DNA of 64,000 nucleotides, taken from contig OZ249440.1 in NCBI GenBank assembly GCA_965235115.1, forward strand, positions 9,052,001-9,116,000, read 5' to 3'. Below the pieces are notes generated by a model that made no database searches, was not told the DNA's origin, and saw nothing but the letters and a program-made list of their open reading frames with translations. Source of the DNA: Laetmonice hystrix. Taxonomy: Eukaryota. The first letter of the stretch is position 1. Each line of letters begins with the position of its first letter. Positions 12,324-23,809 of this stretch are shown piece after piece. The position numbers and the translations under genes were made by a program.

Positions 12324-12676
12324 TTAACGAACGTCAGCAAGTCTGCAGGTGGGAATGAGCATCGTATTGAGGGACGTCGATCTGTGTGGTCTGCGACCTG
12401 GTACAGGTATTTGTTAACGAACGTCAGCAAGTCTGCAGGTGGGAATGAGCATCGTATTGAGGGACGTCGATCTGTGTGGTCTGCGACCTGGTACAGGTAT
12501 TTGTTAACGAACGTCATAAGTCTGCAGGTGGGAATGAGCGTCGTATTGAGGGACGTCGATCTGTGTGGTCTGCGACCTGGTACAGGTATTTGTTAACGAA
12601 CGTCAGCAAGTCTGCAGGTGGGAATGAGCATCGTATTGAGGGACGTCGATCTGTGTGGTCTGCGACCTGGTACAGG
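12324..12676. repeat. 90-bp minisatellite, 4 copies (third unit 89 bp)
   Basis: TTAACGAACGTCA starts at 12324, 12414, 12504 and 12593. Confidence 0.97.
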
Positions 12677-13764
12677 GTATTGTCACGGTTGAAACCTGTT
12701 TGCAGTGCAAGAAACGGAACCAATAATCCTAAAGTATTTGTAGAGAATCATTCAGTCGGGGTTTCAAGAGATTGAATAAGTAATGAGGTAATAATGTTTT
12801 GAGCTTAGCATTTTTCTTGACAACTCATGATTTGTAACCCCACTCTTGTTATGAAGTAGGGTGTGACAGGGACCTCAGTCAAAGTTTCCAGCGCAGGCGG
12901 GTTGTGTGTATCATCAGGGAGTCTCTGTGTCGTAAGAACTCTTAAGGATTCCCTGATATCTGTTTGCCGTTTGACATGGTGAGTTGGGCTCATTAGAAAC
13001 ACAAGCTGTCAGCCAGGAAGACTAATGTCTCCCGAGCCAGCCACAACGGTGCTGTTGACGTCTGCCTTTTCTGTGAAGACGTGTAGAGTAGGTTGGGTGG
13101 CAGTAATGACGGTCTAATGACGGCCGGTTCACAGTCTGGTGCGGCGTGGTCGGCGCGGTGCGGTGCGGATGGGATGCAATGGTGCGACCGGAGGCAGCAT
13201 CTGAAAGGTAGAATTAACGCACCAGCTTCTTCTGGTACAGGGGTTGGCGTGCATACTGAACGGCCTTAGAGGAAGAGGTGCGCAGCTGTTCATCGTGAGG
13301 CACAGCGGAATCGGATTATTACCTGCACCTGAACAGGTGGGTAGTCGCACATAAAACTGCAGCTCAAACTAATAGATTGGTAAATCCGGTTTCTCTTCCA
13401 GGTTCTCAAGAAAATCAAAGTGCAATGAAAACCTTTCAGGGTATTGCAATAAGGCAATACGGAAGGCGAACTATTATCAACAAATAGACATCCAGACTTT
13501 ATTAAGCTAATCGACTGAACCGCAGTCCTTTGTCGAGTATGTGGAACGGAAAGATAAATATGATCTTCGGGTATTAAATGGTAAAGTAGATAAACGTTTG
13601 CAGATATAAGGATTCAGGTAAAAACATTGATTGTCGGTATATGCAATTGTATGTTGAAGGCTTACAACCTGGGGCCGTTGTGTTTTTATATAGGGCGTTG
13701 GTTACGAGAGTACATTGATAATATTACACACCTGTCTGACGTTCTTCGAAAAGGGCGGCCCCTT

Positions 13765-14787
13765 ACAGGTATACGGACCTCTGGCAGGACCCTGGAGGGG
13801 TTCCAGGTTGGAGGGAGCAGGCAGTGGCTGGGACAGGTATACGGACCTCTGGCAGGACCCTGGAGGGGTTCCAGGTTGGAGGGAGCAGGCAGTGGCTGGG
13901 ACAGGTGTACGGACCGCTGGCAGGACCCTGGAGGGGTTTCAGGTTGGAGGGAGCAGGCAGTGGCTGGGACAGGTATACGGACCGCTGGCAGGACCCTGGA
14001 GGGGTTCCAGGTTGGAGGGAGCAGGCAGTGGCTGGGACAGGTATACGGACCGCTGGCAGGACCCTGGAGGGGTTCCAGGTTGGAGGGAGCAGGCAGTGGC
14101 TGGGACAGGTATACGGACCTCTGGCAGGACCCTGGAGGGGTTCCAGGTTGGAGGGAGCAGGCAGTGGCTGGGACAGGTATACGGACCGCTGGCAGGACCC
14201 TGGAGGGGTTCCAGGTTGGAGGGAGCAGGCAGTGGCTGGGACAGGTATACGGACCGCTGGCAGGACCCTGGAGGGGTTCCAGGTTGGAGGGAGCAGGCAG
14301 TGGCTGGGACAGGTATACGGACCGCTGGCAGGACCCTGGAGGGGTTCCAGGTTGGAGGGAGCAGGCAGTGGCTGGGACAGGTATACGGACCGCTGGCAGG
14401 ACCCTGGAGGGGTTCCAGGTTGGAGGGAGCAGGCAGTGGCTGGGACAGGTATACGGACCTCTGGCAGGACCCTGGAGGGGTTCCAGGTTGGAGGGAGCAG
14501 GCAGTGGCTGGGACAGGTATACGGACCGCTGGCAGGACCCTGGAGGGGTTCCAGGTTGGAGGGAGCAGGCAGTGGCTGGGACAGGTATACGGACCGCTGG
14601 CAGGACCCTGGAGGGGTTCCAGGTTAGAGGGAGCAGGCAGTGGCTGGGACAGGTATACGGACCGCTGGCAGGACCCTGGAGGGGTTCCAGGTTGGAGGGA
14701 GCAGGCAGTGGCTGGGACAGGTATACGGACCGCTGGCAGGACCCTGGAGGGGTTCCAGGTTGGAGGGAGCAGGCAGTGGCTGGGACA
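13765..14787. repeat. 68-bp minisatellite, 15 copies, highly homogeneous and G-rich on the + strand
   Basis: Unit ACAGGTATACGGACCGCTGGCAGGACCCTGGAGGGGTTCCAGGTTGGAGGGAGCAGGCAGTGGCTGGG; 13765+15x68=14785. Stop-free in all three + frames, which explains ORFs 13627, 13715 and 13824. Confidence 0.98.
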
Positions 14788-15743
14788 TTGGGCATGTAAC
14801 GTAAAGGATGAGTTGATCGCTTACTTCCGGGCAGTAGAAGAGATATTATGGCTAAGCTGGAGTTGCTCATATTCTGTAGGCGTTGTTTTAAAAACTTTAA
14901 GAAATTAAAAAAAAAAAACTTTAAAAAATATTTTGTTATTGGGGACTAGGATTGTGTATGTATTTTTGATTGCGGGAAGTGGTGCCAAACACGGTCATGG
15001 AGTGATTATAACGTATGTTGACGACCAACTCGTAGAAACGGTTTGAGGACCGGGGAGGTGGGGGAGGGGGTCGGGTGGGCGGGAGGCTCGGCGGCGGTAT
15101 ACCGCCCCTTTGATGTCCCCCGTCTGTACTCGGAGTGCCGCTGGTGGCCCACTGACGTTACATAGATCACTGCCAAAGCCTGTCAGTGATTAAGTGGCAA
15201 TTGACTTGACAATCCGCTGGTGCTTGCACCTGGTGTTGGCATTAAGGACCCCCTGGTGGAGGGTTAATATGGCAGTAATAGTGTCAAAAAGACGGGCGCT
15301 GCACTCGGCCCGGTTCTGTGGTTGACAGTAATTAGACAATTATTAGTGCACCACGATCAGGGGAATCAAGGATGTTTGAGTACAAGGGTGGGTGGGGTGG
15401 GGGGGGGGGCGGGGTCCCTGGCTGCCTTGCATATATCAGTACCAAAAAATAGAAAAAGAGTGAGAGAGAGGGGTCGGGAAACATTCCCAAAGTCTTGTAA
15501 CTGTATTCTAGACAGGCCAGCGGTCCGGCCATTACCGAGGGGAGGAGAGTGAAAACATGAAAAGTTGCAATCAGTCGAGCCGGGGTTGGCTGGAGGATTG
15601 TACCACCGCGTGGTCAATAACCGCATGCCATCTAATGGAATGTGGCCGCCCGGGAGGTAACTTCGTTATTTTTGACCCGACCCCCCCCCCCTCCCCGACT
15701 GGGCAGGATGGGGATAGGGGTGTGAGTCTCGAGGTCCCTGGTC

Positions 15744-15875
15744 CCAGGGTCCGGTTCACAAACAGTGAAGTCAAGTCAATTTTAAGTAACTTGAAGTCAA
15801 TTTTACTCGATTCTGGTTAAAATGGATTTCAAGTTAATTAAATTTGACTTGATTTACTTGTGAACCGGGCCCAGG
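15744..15875. mobile_element. Foldback MITE-like element, about 132 bp
   Basis: Left end CCAGGGTCCGGTTCACAA versus reverse complement of right end CCTGGGCCCGGTTCACAA (16/18). The internal arms TCAAGTCAA.TTTAA.TAACTTGAA.TC.ATTTTA are also mutually inverted, so nearly the whole element is self-complementary. Confidence 0.85.
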
Positions 15876-16012
15876 TCTCTGACCCATGTAACGGTCCCTG
15901 GTTCATGCCCTATCCCAGTATACCCTGGCCCTTGATTCGGGTCCTCAGCAGCCCCTGTCTTGTGCGTGCTGGTGGATTACTGTGGTCTAGTGCAGTCAGT
16001 ACCGGTCAGTAC

Positions 16013-16200
16013 GGGCAGAATTAGCACCAGCATCAGTGTGGGCAGAATAAGGAAAGCACCAGCATCAATGTGGGCAGAATAAGGAAAGCACCAGCATCAG
16101 TGTGGGCAGAATAAGGAAAGCACCAACATCAGTGTGGGCAGAATAAGGAAAACACCAGCATCAGTGTGGGCAGAATAAGGAAAGCACCAGCATCAGTGTG
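16013..16200. repeat. 32-bp minisatellite, about 6 copies
   Basis: Unit GGGCAGAATAAGGAAAGCACCAGCATCAGTGT. Confidence 0.95.
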
Positions 16201-16849
16201 TGACTGAATTCCTAGAGCTCCCGTATCACAGAGCAATGATTACCGTGTCATTTAACGTGATCTCCTCCCTTGAAATCAGAGACAAATGAAAAACTATAGC
16301 GACCTTTCAGAGAGAAAATCGCCACAAAGAAATTACCCCCCCCCCCTTCCTTCCACGCACACACAAAGTAAACAAAGAGGTAGAAGAAACACGGTCTCAC
16401 TCGTTCAGTCCGTTAAGCAGACGTTGACTTTCAAGATGCTTTCTGAAAGGTGTTCACAGAAGGGCGCTGGGTAACCCAAAGAACAGCGACACAAGTGTAC
16501 CTACCTTTGTAGTGCCTTTGGTTTCACTCAGTAACAAACCGCCGTCTACACTATGCCAGCTGCCGCTTTAGGAAAGATACAAAGTTCACGACGTTCAAGA
16601 GAATCGAGTACCTTGATGGTCTTGGTTTGGCAACAGAGTGTATTTTCCTGAGCGATGTCGATACCGTGGACAGGAAGATTTGGTTATAGGGATAAAGGCG
16701 TCAGGGTAACAAGGAGAGGGTAGGAAGGGACGGTGGCCGTCTTAGATGTGGGCTTTAGGTAATGAGAGTTGGGCAGATGAGTGTTGGGCAGATGAGTCGG
16801 GCAGGGCTTGTTGTAGGGCTTGATCAGTAAATGTCCAGCGCTGGTGTTT

Positions 16850-17277
16850 GTCAGCCTTATGATGACATTGACACGGCCCCCTCCTGCCGGGACTGTGTCA
16901 GCCTTATGATGACATTGACACGGTCCCTCACTGTCAGGACTGTGTCAGCCTTATGGTGACATTGACACGGTCCCTCACTGTCAGGACTGTGTCAGCCTTA
17001 TGGTGACATTGACACGGCCCCCTCCTGCCGGGACTGTGTCAGCCTTATGATAACATTGACACGGTCCCTCACTGTCAGGACTGTGTCAGCCTTATGATAA
17101 CATTGACACGGTCCCTCACTGTCAGGACTGTGTCAGCCTTATGATGACATTGACACGGTCCCTCACTGTCAGGACTGTGTCAGCCTTATGATGACATTGA
17201 CACGGTCCCTCACTGTCAGGACTGTGTCAGCCTTGTTACATTGACACAGTCCCGCCCTGCCCAGAGTGTGTCAGCCT
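16850..17277. repeat. 47-bp minisatellite, about 9 copies
   Basis: Unit TGTGTCAGCCTTATGATGACATTGACACGGTCCCTCACTGTCAGGAC, with variant CCCCCTCCTGCCGGGAC. Confidence 0.96.
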
Positions 17278-17367
17278 GTGGGGGAAAACTCAAGCCTCGC
17301 CCGACGGAAGACAATAAAGCAGTTGTCGGTGACGTCATGATAGGCGGGGTTGTGGGGCTCGTGTAGG

Positions 17368-17932
17368 ACTGAGTGGATAGGTGGTTTGTGTGGGGTACGT
17401 CACACACAGTATCTCAGCAGTAAGATAGGGGGACAAGTACTGAGTGGATAGGTGGTTTGTGTGGGGTACGTCACACACAGTATCTCAGCAGTAAGATAGG
17501 GGGATCAGTACTGAGTGGATAGGTGGTTTGTGTGGGGTACGTCACACACAGTATCTCAGCAGTAAGATAGGGAACAAGTACTGAGTGGATAGGTGGTTTG
17601 TGTGGGCTACGTCACACACAGTATCTCAGCAGTAAGATAGGGAGACAAGTACTGAGTGGATAGGTGGTTTGTGTGGGGTACGTCACACACAGTATCTCAG
17701 CAGTATGATAGGGAGACAAGTACTGAGTGGATAGGTGGTTTGTGTGGGGTACGTCACACACAGTATCTCAGCAGTAAGATAGGGGGACAAGTACTGAGTG
17801 GATAGGTGGTTTGTGTGGGGTACGTCACACACAGTATCTCAGCAGTAAGATAGGGGGACAAGTACTGAGTGGCTAGGTGGTTTGTGTGGGGTACGTCACA
17901 CACAGTATCTCAGCAGTATGATAGGCGGACAA
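17368..17932. repeat. 70-71-bp minisatellite, 8 copies
   Basis: Unit GTACTGAGTGGATAGGTGGTTTGTGTGGGGTACGTCACACACAGTATCTCAGCAGTAAGATAGGGGGACAA. Confidence 0.96.
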
Positions 17933-18665
17933 GAGAAAATCTGAAGTGTCTGACCTCAATATTTGCACGTAAATGGTTCTCAGATTTATTCTACACGGTT
18001 TCTGAAGTCGCCCTGGCCAGTTTTCGTGAGTATTTTTCCCATCTGGGAATCACCATTGACAGCATCTCCGAGCTGTCGCTCCTGTCAATACAGAATAGAA
18101 TACACGCCCATAAATTATTTCATGTCTCTTGCCGCAAGCAAGCAGCGAGGATTCACATCTTATAAAAGATAATACATATTCTGTAACACATATGCGCATA
18201 ATTTGGGTTCTTATTCATTTTGATCAAAGACGACAGGTTGTCCAGCTCATTGTGAGAGAGATTATTTAAAACGTCACAATTTCCTTCCATCAATGTGAGC
18301 CATGAGAACCTTGAGCGGTGTAGCCGGGAGGCACGGAATGGTTGCCATTGTATGCGGCACAATGCCCGTATTGTACACATACAGAGACCTTTTTTTTGTC
18401 CTTCCCCACCTGGTTTGCATAGAATGTTGTCTTCAGTGCCATGTGTCAAATCTTCCCTTCGTAGAGACATGACATTGCTGCACACAGCAGGACTTTCTCT
18501 GCGAATTGTGAGCGCTGTATTGATTCTGACATCACGTAAGGAGATGGAACATTCAGAGTGAGCCCAGAAGGTGAGCCCATAAGGTGAGCCCAGGCAGTCA
18601 TACGAAAGGTTGTCGGGAGGGAGAGAGAGAACGAGAGAGTGAGCAGGCAGTGGCGGGTTTACCAA
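17928..18665 (-). pseudogene. Probable decayed coding sequence of unknown family
   Basis: ORF 18153-18665 (170 aa) continues in the same frame to about 17928: 246 codons with only 3 internal stops. The + strand ORFs 17869 and 18295 share its wobble positions, a shadow-frame pattern typical of coding DNA. No motif recognised. Confidence 0.4.
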
Positions 18666-20164
18666 TTTCCAACATTGACGTGGACCCTGTCACAAACCCC
18701 CTTTTCCGGGTACTACTAACTTCTCATAGGGCAAGGTGCCAGCAGGCTGGACGATTTCCGACAGATTTGGATTGTAGAGGTTTGGTTTGCCCTGGCGTTG
18801 TGTTGGAAGAACATTGACAAATAAAGGATGCAAAATAGGACGACTAATCGGAACGGAATAAAAATAAATCTATTTGAAATACCGTATTCAACTCAGTAAG
18901 CGTTCATCATATTTAAAAAAAAATATTATATTTCTTTGACATCAGAAAATCAAATCGTTTCCGATGTTAGCGACAACAGAAGAACAATCCGACCAATCAC
19001 ACAAAGCCGAACGAAAAATATCAGTGACCCGGCGATTAAACCTAGGTGTTCGTTAGAGGCGTGTCGCTGTCAAACCATATCTGTAAAAACTAGACGGTGT
19101 CCCTTCCAGCGAACCGAGGTTCGTATCCCGAGGTTCTGACATTTTTTTAAAGCAAAGGGCTCATATTTCATTATCGATTGAGCTGCGAAGAACATGATGG
19201 AGCCAGCAGCAAGCCAAGCAAAATCAGTATTTTGAGACATCTCGGTTACTAAGGAAATCTTTTTATAACATAATTCCCAGAGGCATTGAACACGGTCTAG
19301 ATTAAGGTTCCCCGAAGTCAGTCGTCAGTACATGTATTTATCACTGCAAATTATTTGCCCCAGTTCAGGCTTACCAGGTTGGAATTGGTTGCCTTAATGA
19401 ACAAATGTCAAGAGTAGCCGTGTTATTATCCTGTTGATATTAGCACTACTCAGTGTGAACATTTATTGGGACACCTATATCTAGAAGGTAGTCGGAGGTC
19501 GTTGACAGGCCTTCCCGAGTCGGGGTTGTTGGCCGGTGAAGTGGTGTTGTCGATCTCAATGATATTGTCCCACCACCACCACCACCACCCCGCCTCGATC
19601 GCTCACCTCTCTCTAAGTGAAGTGATGTCGGTCACCATTCTGTGTGACACTAGTATGGCGATGAATCATGGCGGCTATGAAGATGGAGGCTAGGGTCAGG
19701 ATATTGTGGGTCATGCACTTGTGCCTATACCTGACTGTGAGTCGATGTCACTGACACTGAACCAGCGAGGCCCCTCACCGTCTATTGGATCTTGATGCCA
19801 GTCGCTATGTAAATTGCCCTCTAGTTATTGGAAATGACCGTCTTGCGCGCCCATAGATAAAAGGGGGAAACATAATAAAAAGGATGACAAAATATAAATA
19901 AAAAGAAAGAAAAGAGGGGAGAAGAAACCAAAAAAAGTGCCGAGGTAGTACAATGGCATGCAAATTGGTATCGCCTAACATTGTCTTAATGTATAAATCG
20001 TGTTGAAATTGATCCAAGGCAGCATAATCTGTCCGCTGTTTGATCTAGCTGTGTGCCGGTAGCACTTAGAACAGCGGAAGAACCATGGATAGGCTGTCAA
20101 CGTCAGGTCCACGGCTGGCAGGCTTCACAGGGCAGGCACACTGGGCTGGGACTCAGGACCCGCG

Positions 20165-21529
20165 GTGACGGAGTATCTCTTGGCATCTGGAACGGCCAGC
20201 CCAACGAAGGTGTGTCAGTTGCATCAGGAATTGTCTAACGCGCCGGCGGCGCAATTTAAAATCCGAAATACCATCATTGTTCATGATTACAGGCGCTTTA
20301 TAAGCACCAAGCCTGTTACGGGGGCGAGGGAGTGTAAGATATTCCGAGGGCCATCATGGATATATTTGAAAAATACACAAAAATTTAAAAATAAACACAA
20401 ACCGAAAAAAAGGCATGGAGACATGGCTGGGTGAGACTGGAATGGACGATCTATTGAAGATGTCTGGAGGAGCGAAATCCATAACCGTCTCCTTGAGGAT
20501 GGGCATACCGTTCAGTAATGTCCTTGGGTGTTGTTCAGAGCCATGTAATATCGGCTGGCCTATACTGTGATGGCTGGGGATTTCTTAAAGGTCTTGGCCA
20601 GGTGATCCGACTTTGGTATGGTACATGTACATGGCAGGTATAGTTCCACCTGTGCACAGACACTGGTAAAGGAGGCGTACCTGTTTATGATGTTGGCACG
20701 CCCTCAGTCTCTGTACAACAAAGCCTAAGGAGTCCCCCCCCCCCCCCCAACATGTTAAACTTGTATCTGGAGAGTCACAGAACTTCAAGCACTCGTACAA
20801 ACGGGAAAACGGGAATTTCATGCATTGATGAAGAGAGCGCCATCCAGACATTGTGCATTCCAGTGGAAGTTACTCCATTACAAGGGCGCATAAGGTATAT
20901 TGAAACGATATCTGTTTAACTTCACAAGTCTCTACTTCAATGTTTACTGCGTTAAAAGAGATCCACAGCGCAAGTTTATCCAGGATATCGGCTTGTGCAT
21001 GAGTCAGGGCATTGCTGTGTTGGAGGTCGAAGGAAAGCCAGATGTAGGAGTAACACTGCCCAATGTGAAGGACATCTCAAGAAGATCAAGCTCCGCTCGT
21101 TGGGTCAATAGTGGCAAGACGGGCGCTGCCTTTTGCCAGTTGTACTGAGATTACCCGGTGGAGGACATGTCTACTCCAGGCAGGGCCGGCCATCTGTCGG
21201 AATGACGACTGATTCAATATGTATAGGGGAACTATGCGGAGTTGTTTCTTGGTGTACTGTTAACTCATTACCGTATCCGACCAATTGAAAATAGATTCGT
21301 TCAGTTATCTTCGACTGTATTACATAGTCACTCGTCCCTTCATCCCGACATTGCCCACTCTGCTAAAATTGTTGGAATTGCTGTGAGGATTTGTGTGGTA
21401 AAGACCGTCCTTGGATGTGTGTGGTTCTGTTTTAAAGGCCTCTTCAGGTTTGTTTTCGCTCTCCCCATTGTTGTGTTTGTTTCTTTTGTTCTGTTTGTTT
21501 TGTTGTTTTCCCGTTTTTGTAAATCCTGA
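20165..21529 (+). pseudogene. Possible decayed long ORF of unknown family
   Basis: ORFs 20165, 20900 and 21242 lie in one frame. About 455 codons with about 10 internal stops by manual translation. No family recognised. Confidence 0.3.
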
Positions 21530-22095
21530 GAGGACTTTGTGCCACCAGCAGTGGCTGATTCAGCTCCAGCCAGGCTCGGTTTTCTCTGGGATCGTTCTCC
21601 GGCCTGAGCGCTCACCCTGGTGTAAGAACGCCTTTTGAAAAAGAAAACGGCTTGGAAGCCTTGCGACCTTGGCTTTTAACGGAATGGCAGGGATTTATGA
21701 CTGCGCCGACTTTACAGTCGCTAAATGCGTCAGGCGCTGCAGAGAACAGACAGTCGTGGGGGGAAAAAGGGGAAAAGGAAAACATCATCCTGTGCATTTC
21801 ATTAGGAAAATTGAAATGGTCAGAAGGAGTTGGCAAGTTGTGGGGGAGGCCGGGAGGACGGGGGTGGGGTGGCGTGTCTGCTTGCCTGGGGGTCGGCGCG
21901 GGAAAGAGATATCTGTCTGTGAGTGTTCAAGGAGATTGGAGAAATGTGCCATTAAACGGACCCACTTCTAACCGGAGGACATTGAGAGGAACGAGAAGGC
22001 CGCTTTACGCACAAAGTGAGGGGGATTGGATTTTAGCAAGTTACGGTCTCTTAGCTTTGTCTGCATGGGTGTAACTCCAGCTCTACTGCCGCAGT

Positions 22096-22194
22096 TGACC
22101 TTGAAAACGGCCGTGGCTGACCTTGAACTCGGCCGTGGCTGACCTTGAACTCGGCCGCGACTGACCTTGAACTCGGCCGTGCCTGACCTTGAAC
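22096..22194. repeat. 22-bp minisatellite, about 4.5 copies
   Basis: Unit TGACCTTGAACTCGGCCGTGGC. Confidence 0.9.
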
Positions 22195-22702
22195 TTGACC
22201 CCGCCCACAGCGTTGGCGTTGAGCGGTGGACATTGTGACAGTGCTCGTCCTTCATAGACTCAGTTGGTTAAACAAAGAGCCACCTTGTTATAAGTTGAAA
22301 GCCATAATGTGCTTCACATGGGAACGGCTGCACATCAGAGTGCTTCGTACAAATTAAACGTGGAAGTCAGGCAACAGACGGAAAGCGTGCAGACAAAACT
22401 CAGCGACAGCGGCAAACGTCCTTGGCCATTTGTGTGGAATATTACTTCCAGACAAAACACACACAAAAAAAGAAATAAAAAAAAAAGTTTTAAGGGCAAC
22501 TTTGATTGAACGGTAAATGTAGTTCAAACGTTTTAAAAACGTTTCTAATTTGTAGGATGGCGTGACAGCGCACAATCATCAAAAATAGGTGGAAATATTT
22601 GTCGACTATTGAAAGTTTGAGAGAGGAAATGAAGATTGAGTGGAAAGTGGATGAATCAGGCATAAACACGTGGTCACGGGACATGTTTTAGCCTTATGTC
22701 TA

Positions 22703-23061
22703 CGTGTTATCAGCACGTGGGGACTGGCCACGTGTTATCACCACGTGGGGACTGCCCTCGTGTTATCACCACGTGGGGACTGGCCCCATGTTATCAGCAC
22801 GTGGGGACTGCCCTCGTGTTATCACCACGTGGGGACTGGCCCCATGTTATAACCACGTGGGGACTGGCCTCATGTTATCAGCACGTGGGGACTAGCCTCG
22901 TGTTATCAGCACGTGGGGACTGCCCTCGTGTTATCACCACGTGGGGACTGGCCCCATGTTATCAGCACGTGGGGACTGGCCTCGTGTTATCAGCACGTGG
23001 GGACTGGCCTCGTGTTATCACCACGTGGGAACTGGCCACATGTTATCACCACGTGGGGACT
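22703..23061. repeat. 28-bp minisatellite, about 13 copies, each containing CACGTG
   Basis: Unit CGTGTTATCA(G/C)CACGTGGGGACTG(G/C)CCT. Confidence 0.96.
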
Positions 23062-23660
23062 ATCCCCTTGCCACATATCTGCTGGAATTTCTCAACATCC
23101 TGCTGTAGAAATATCTCCGCTGCTGATATTCCCGTAGAAACCTTTGGGAGAGACTGATGAGCAATTAGTAACTTGATTAGAAAAACCCCACCCAGCTAGC
23201 CGCTGTTTGTACTTTCGCTCCATTAGATAGTTGACCCAACCAGCAGGAGAGGATTAATCCTCACGAGAAAGACAACCAATCTCCTGTTTAAAATTTCTCA
23301 GATTAAAAATATCCTTTTTACTGGGAACTTGATGGCAGTTAAAGGGATGTCAGCCAAAGGAGGGAGTATGTGCGCGTGTTTTTTATTCTTCAGATGGATG
23401 GGAGTCGGCCAGAAGAGATAGGTACAGTCATTCTGAGCGAGAACAACCTGTTGTTTTATTTCCTCGTCATCTTTAGAGGTCGTTCATTCGACAGACGACT
23501 GGATGCTGTTCGCGTGCCGGTGTCGCAGTACTTTCCGTTGTACTGTGACAGTCGAATCAATGAGCGGTCAAATATTGATGGTCGATGTATTGAGACTTTC
23601 AGATTTACAAGTATCACGTTTAGGGACTAGGAGACGGAAGGTGCAGTAAGTGTAGCTACA

Positions 23661-23759
23661 GACCCCAGACCCACGTTGGACCCCAGACCCACGTTGGACC
23701 CAGACCCACGTTGGACCCAGACCCTAGTGGGACCCCAGACCCTAGTTGGACCCCAGACC
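23661..23759. repeat. 18-20-bp minisatellite, about 5 copies
   Basis: Unit GACCCCAGACCCACGTTG or GACCCCAGACCCTAGTTG. Confidence 0.9.
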
Positions 23760-23809
23760 ATGGTCCAAAGAGCGGCAGCAGAGTCTTACCTCCCCATGAC
23801 GGCTGAGGG

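Noticed and set aside
13627-14908. 267-397 aa ORFs as genuine proteins
   Set aside because: Produced by a stop-free 68-bp unit cycling through three frames. The same applies to the ORFs over the 41-, 48- and 53-bp arrays.
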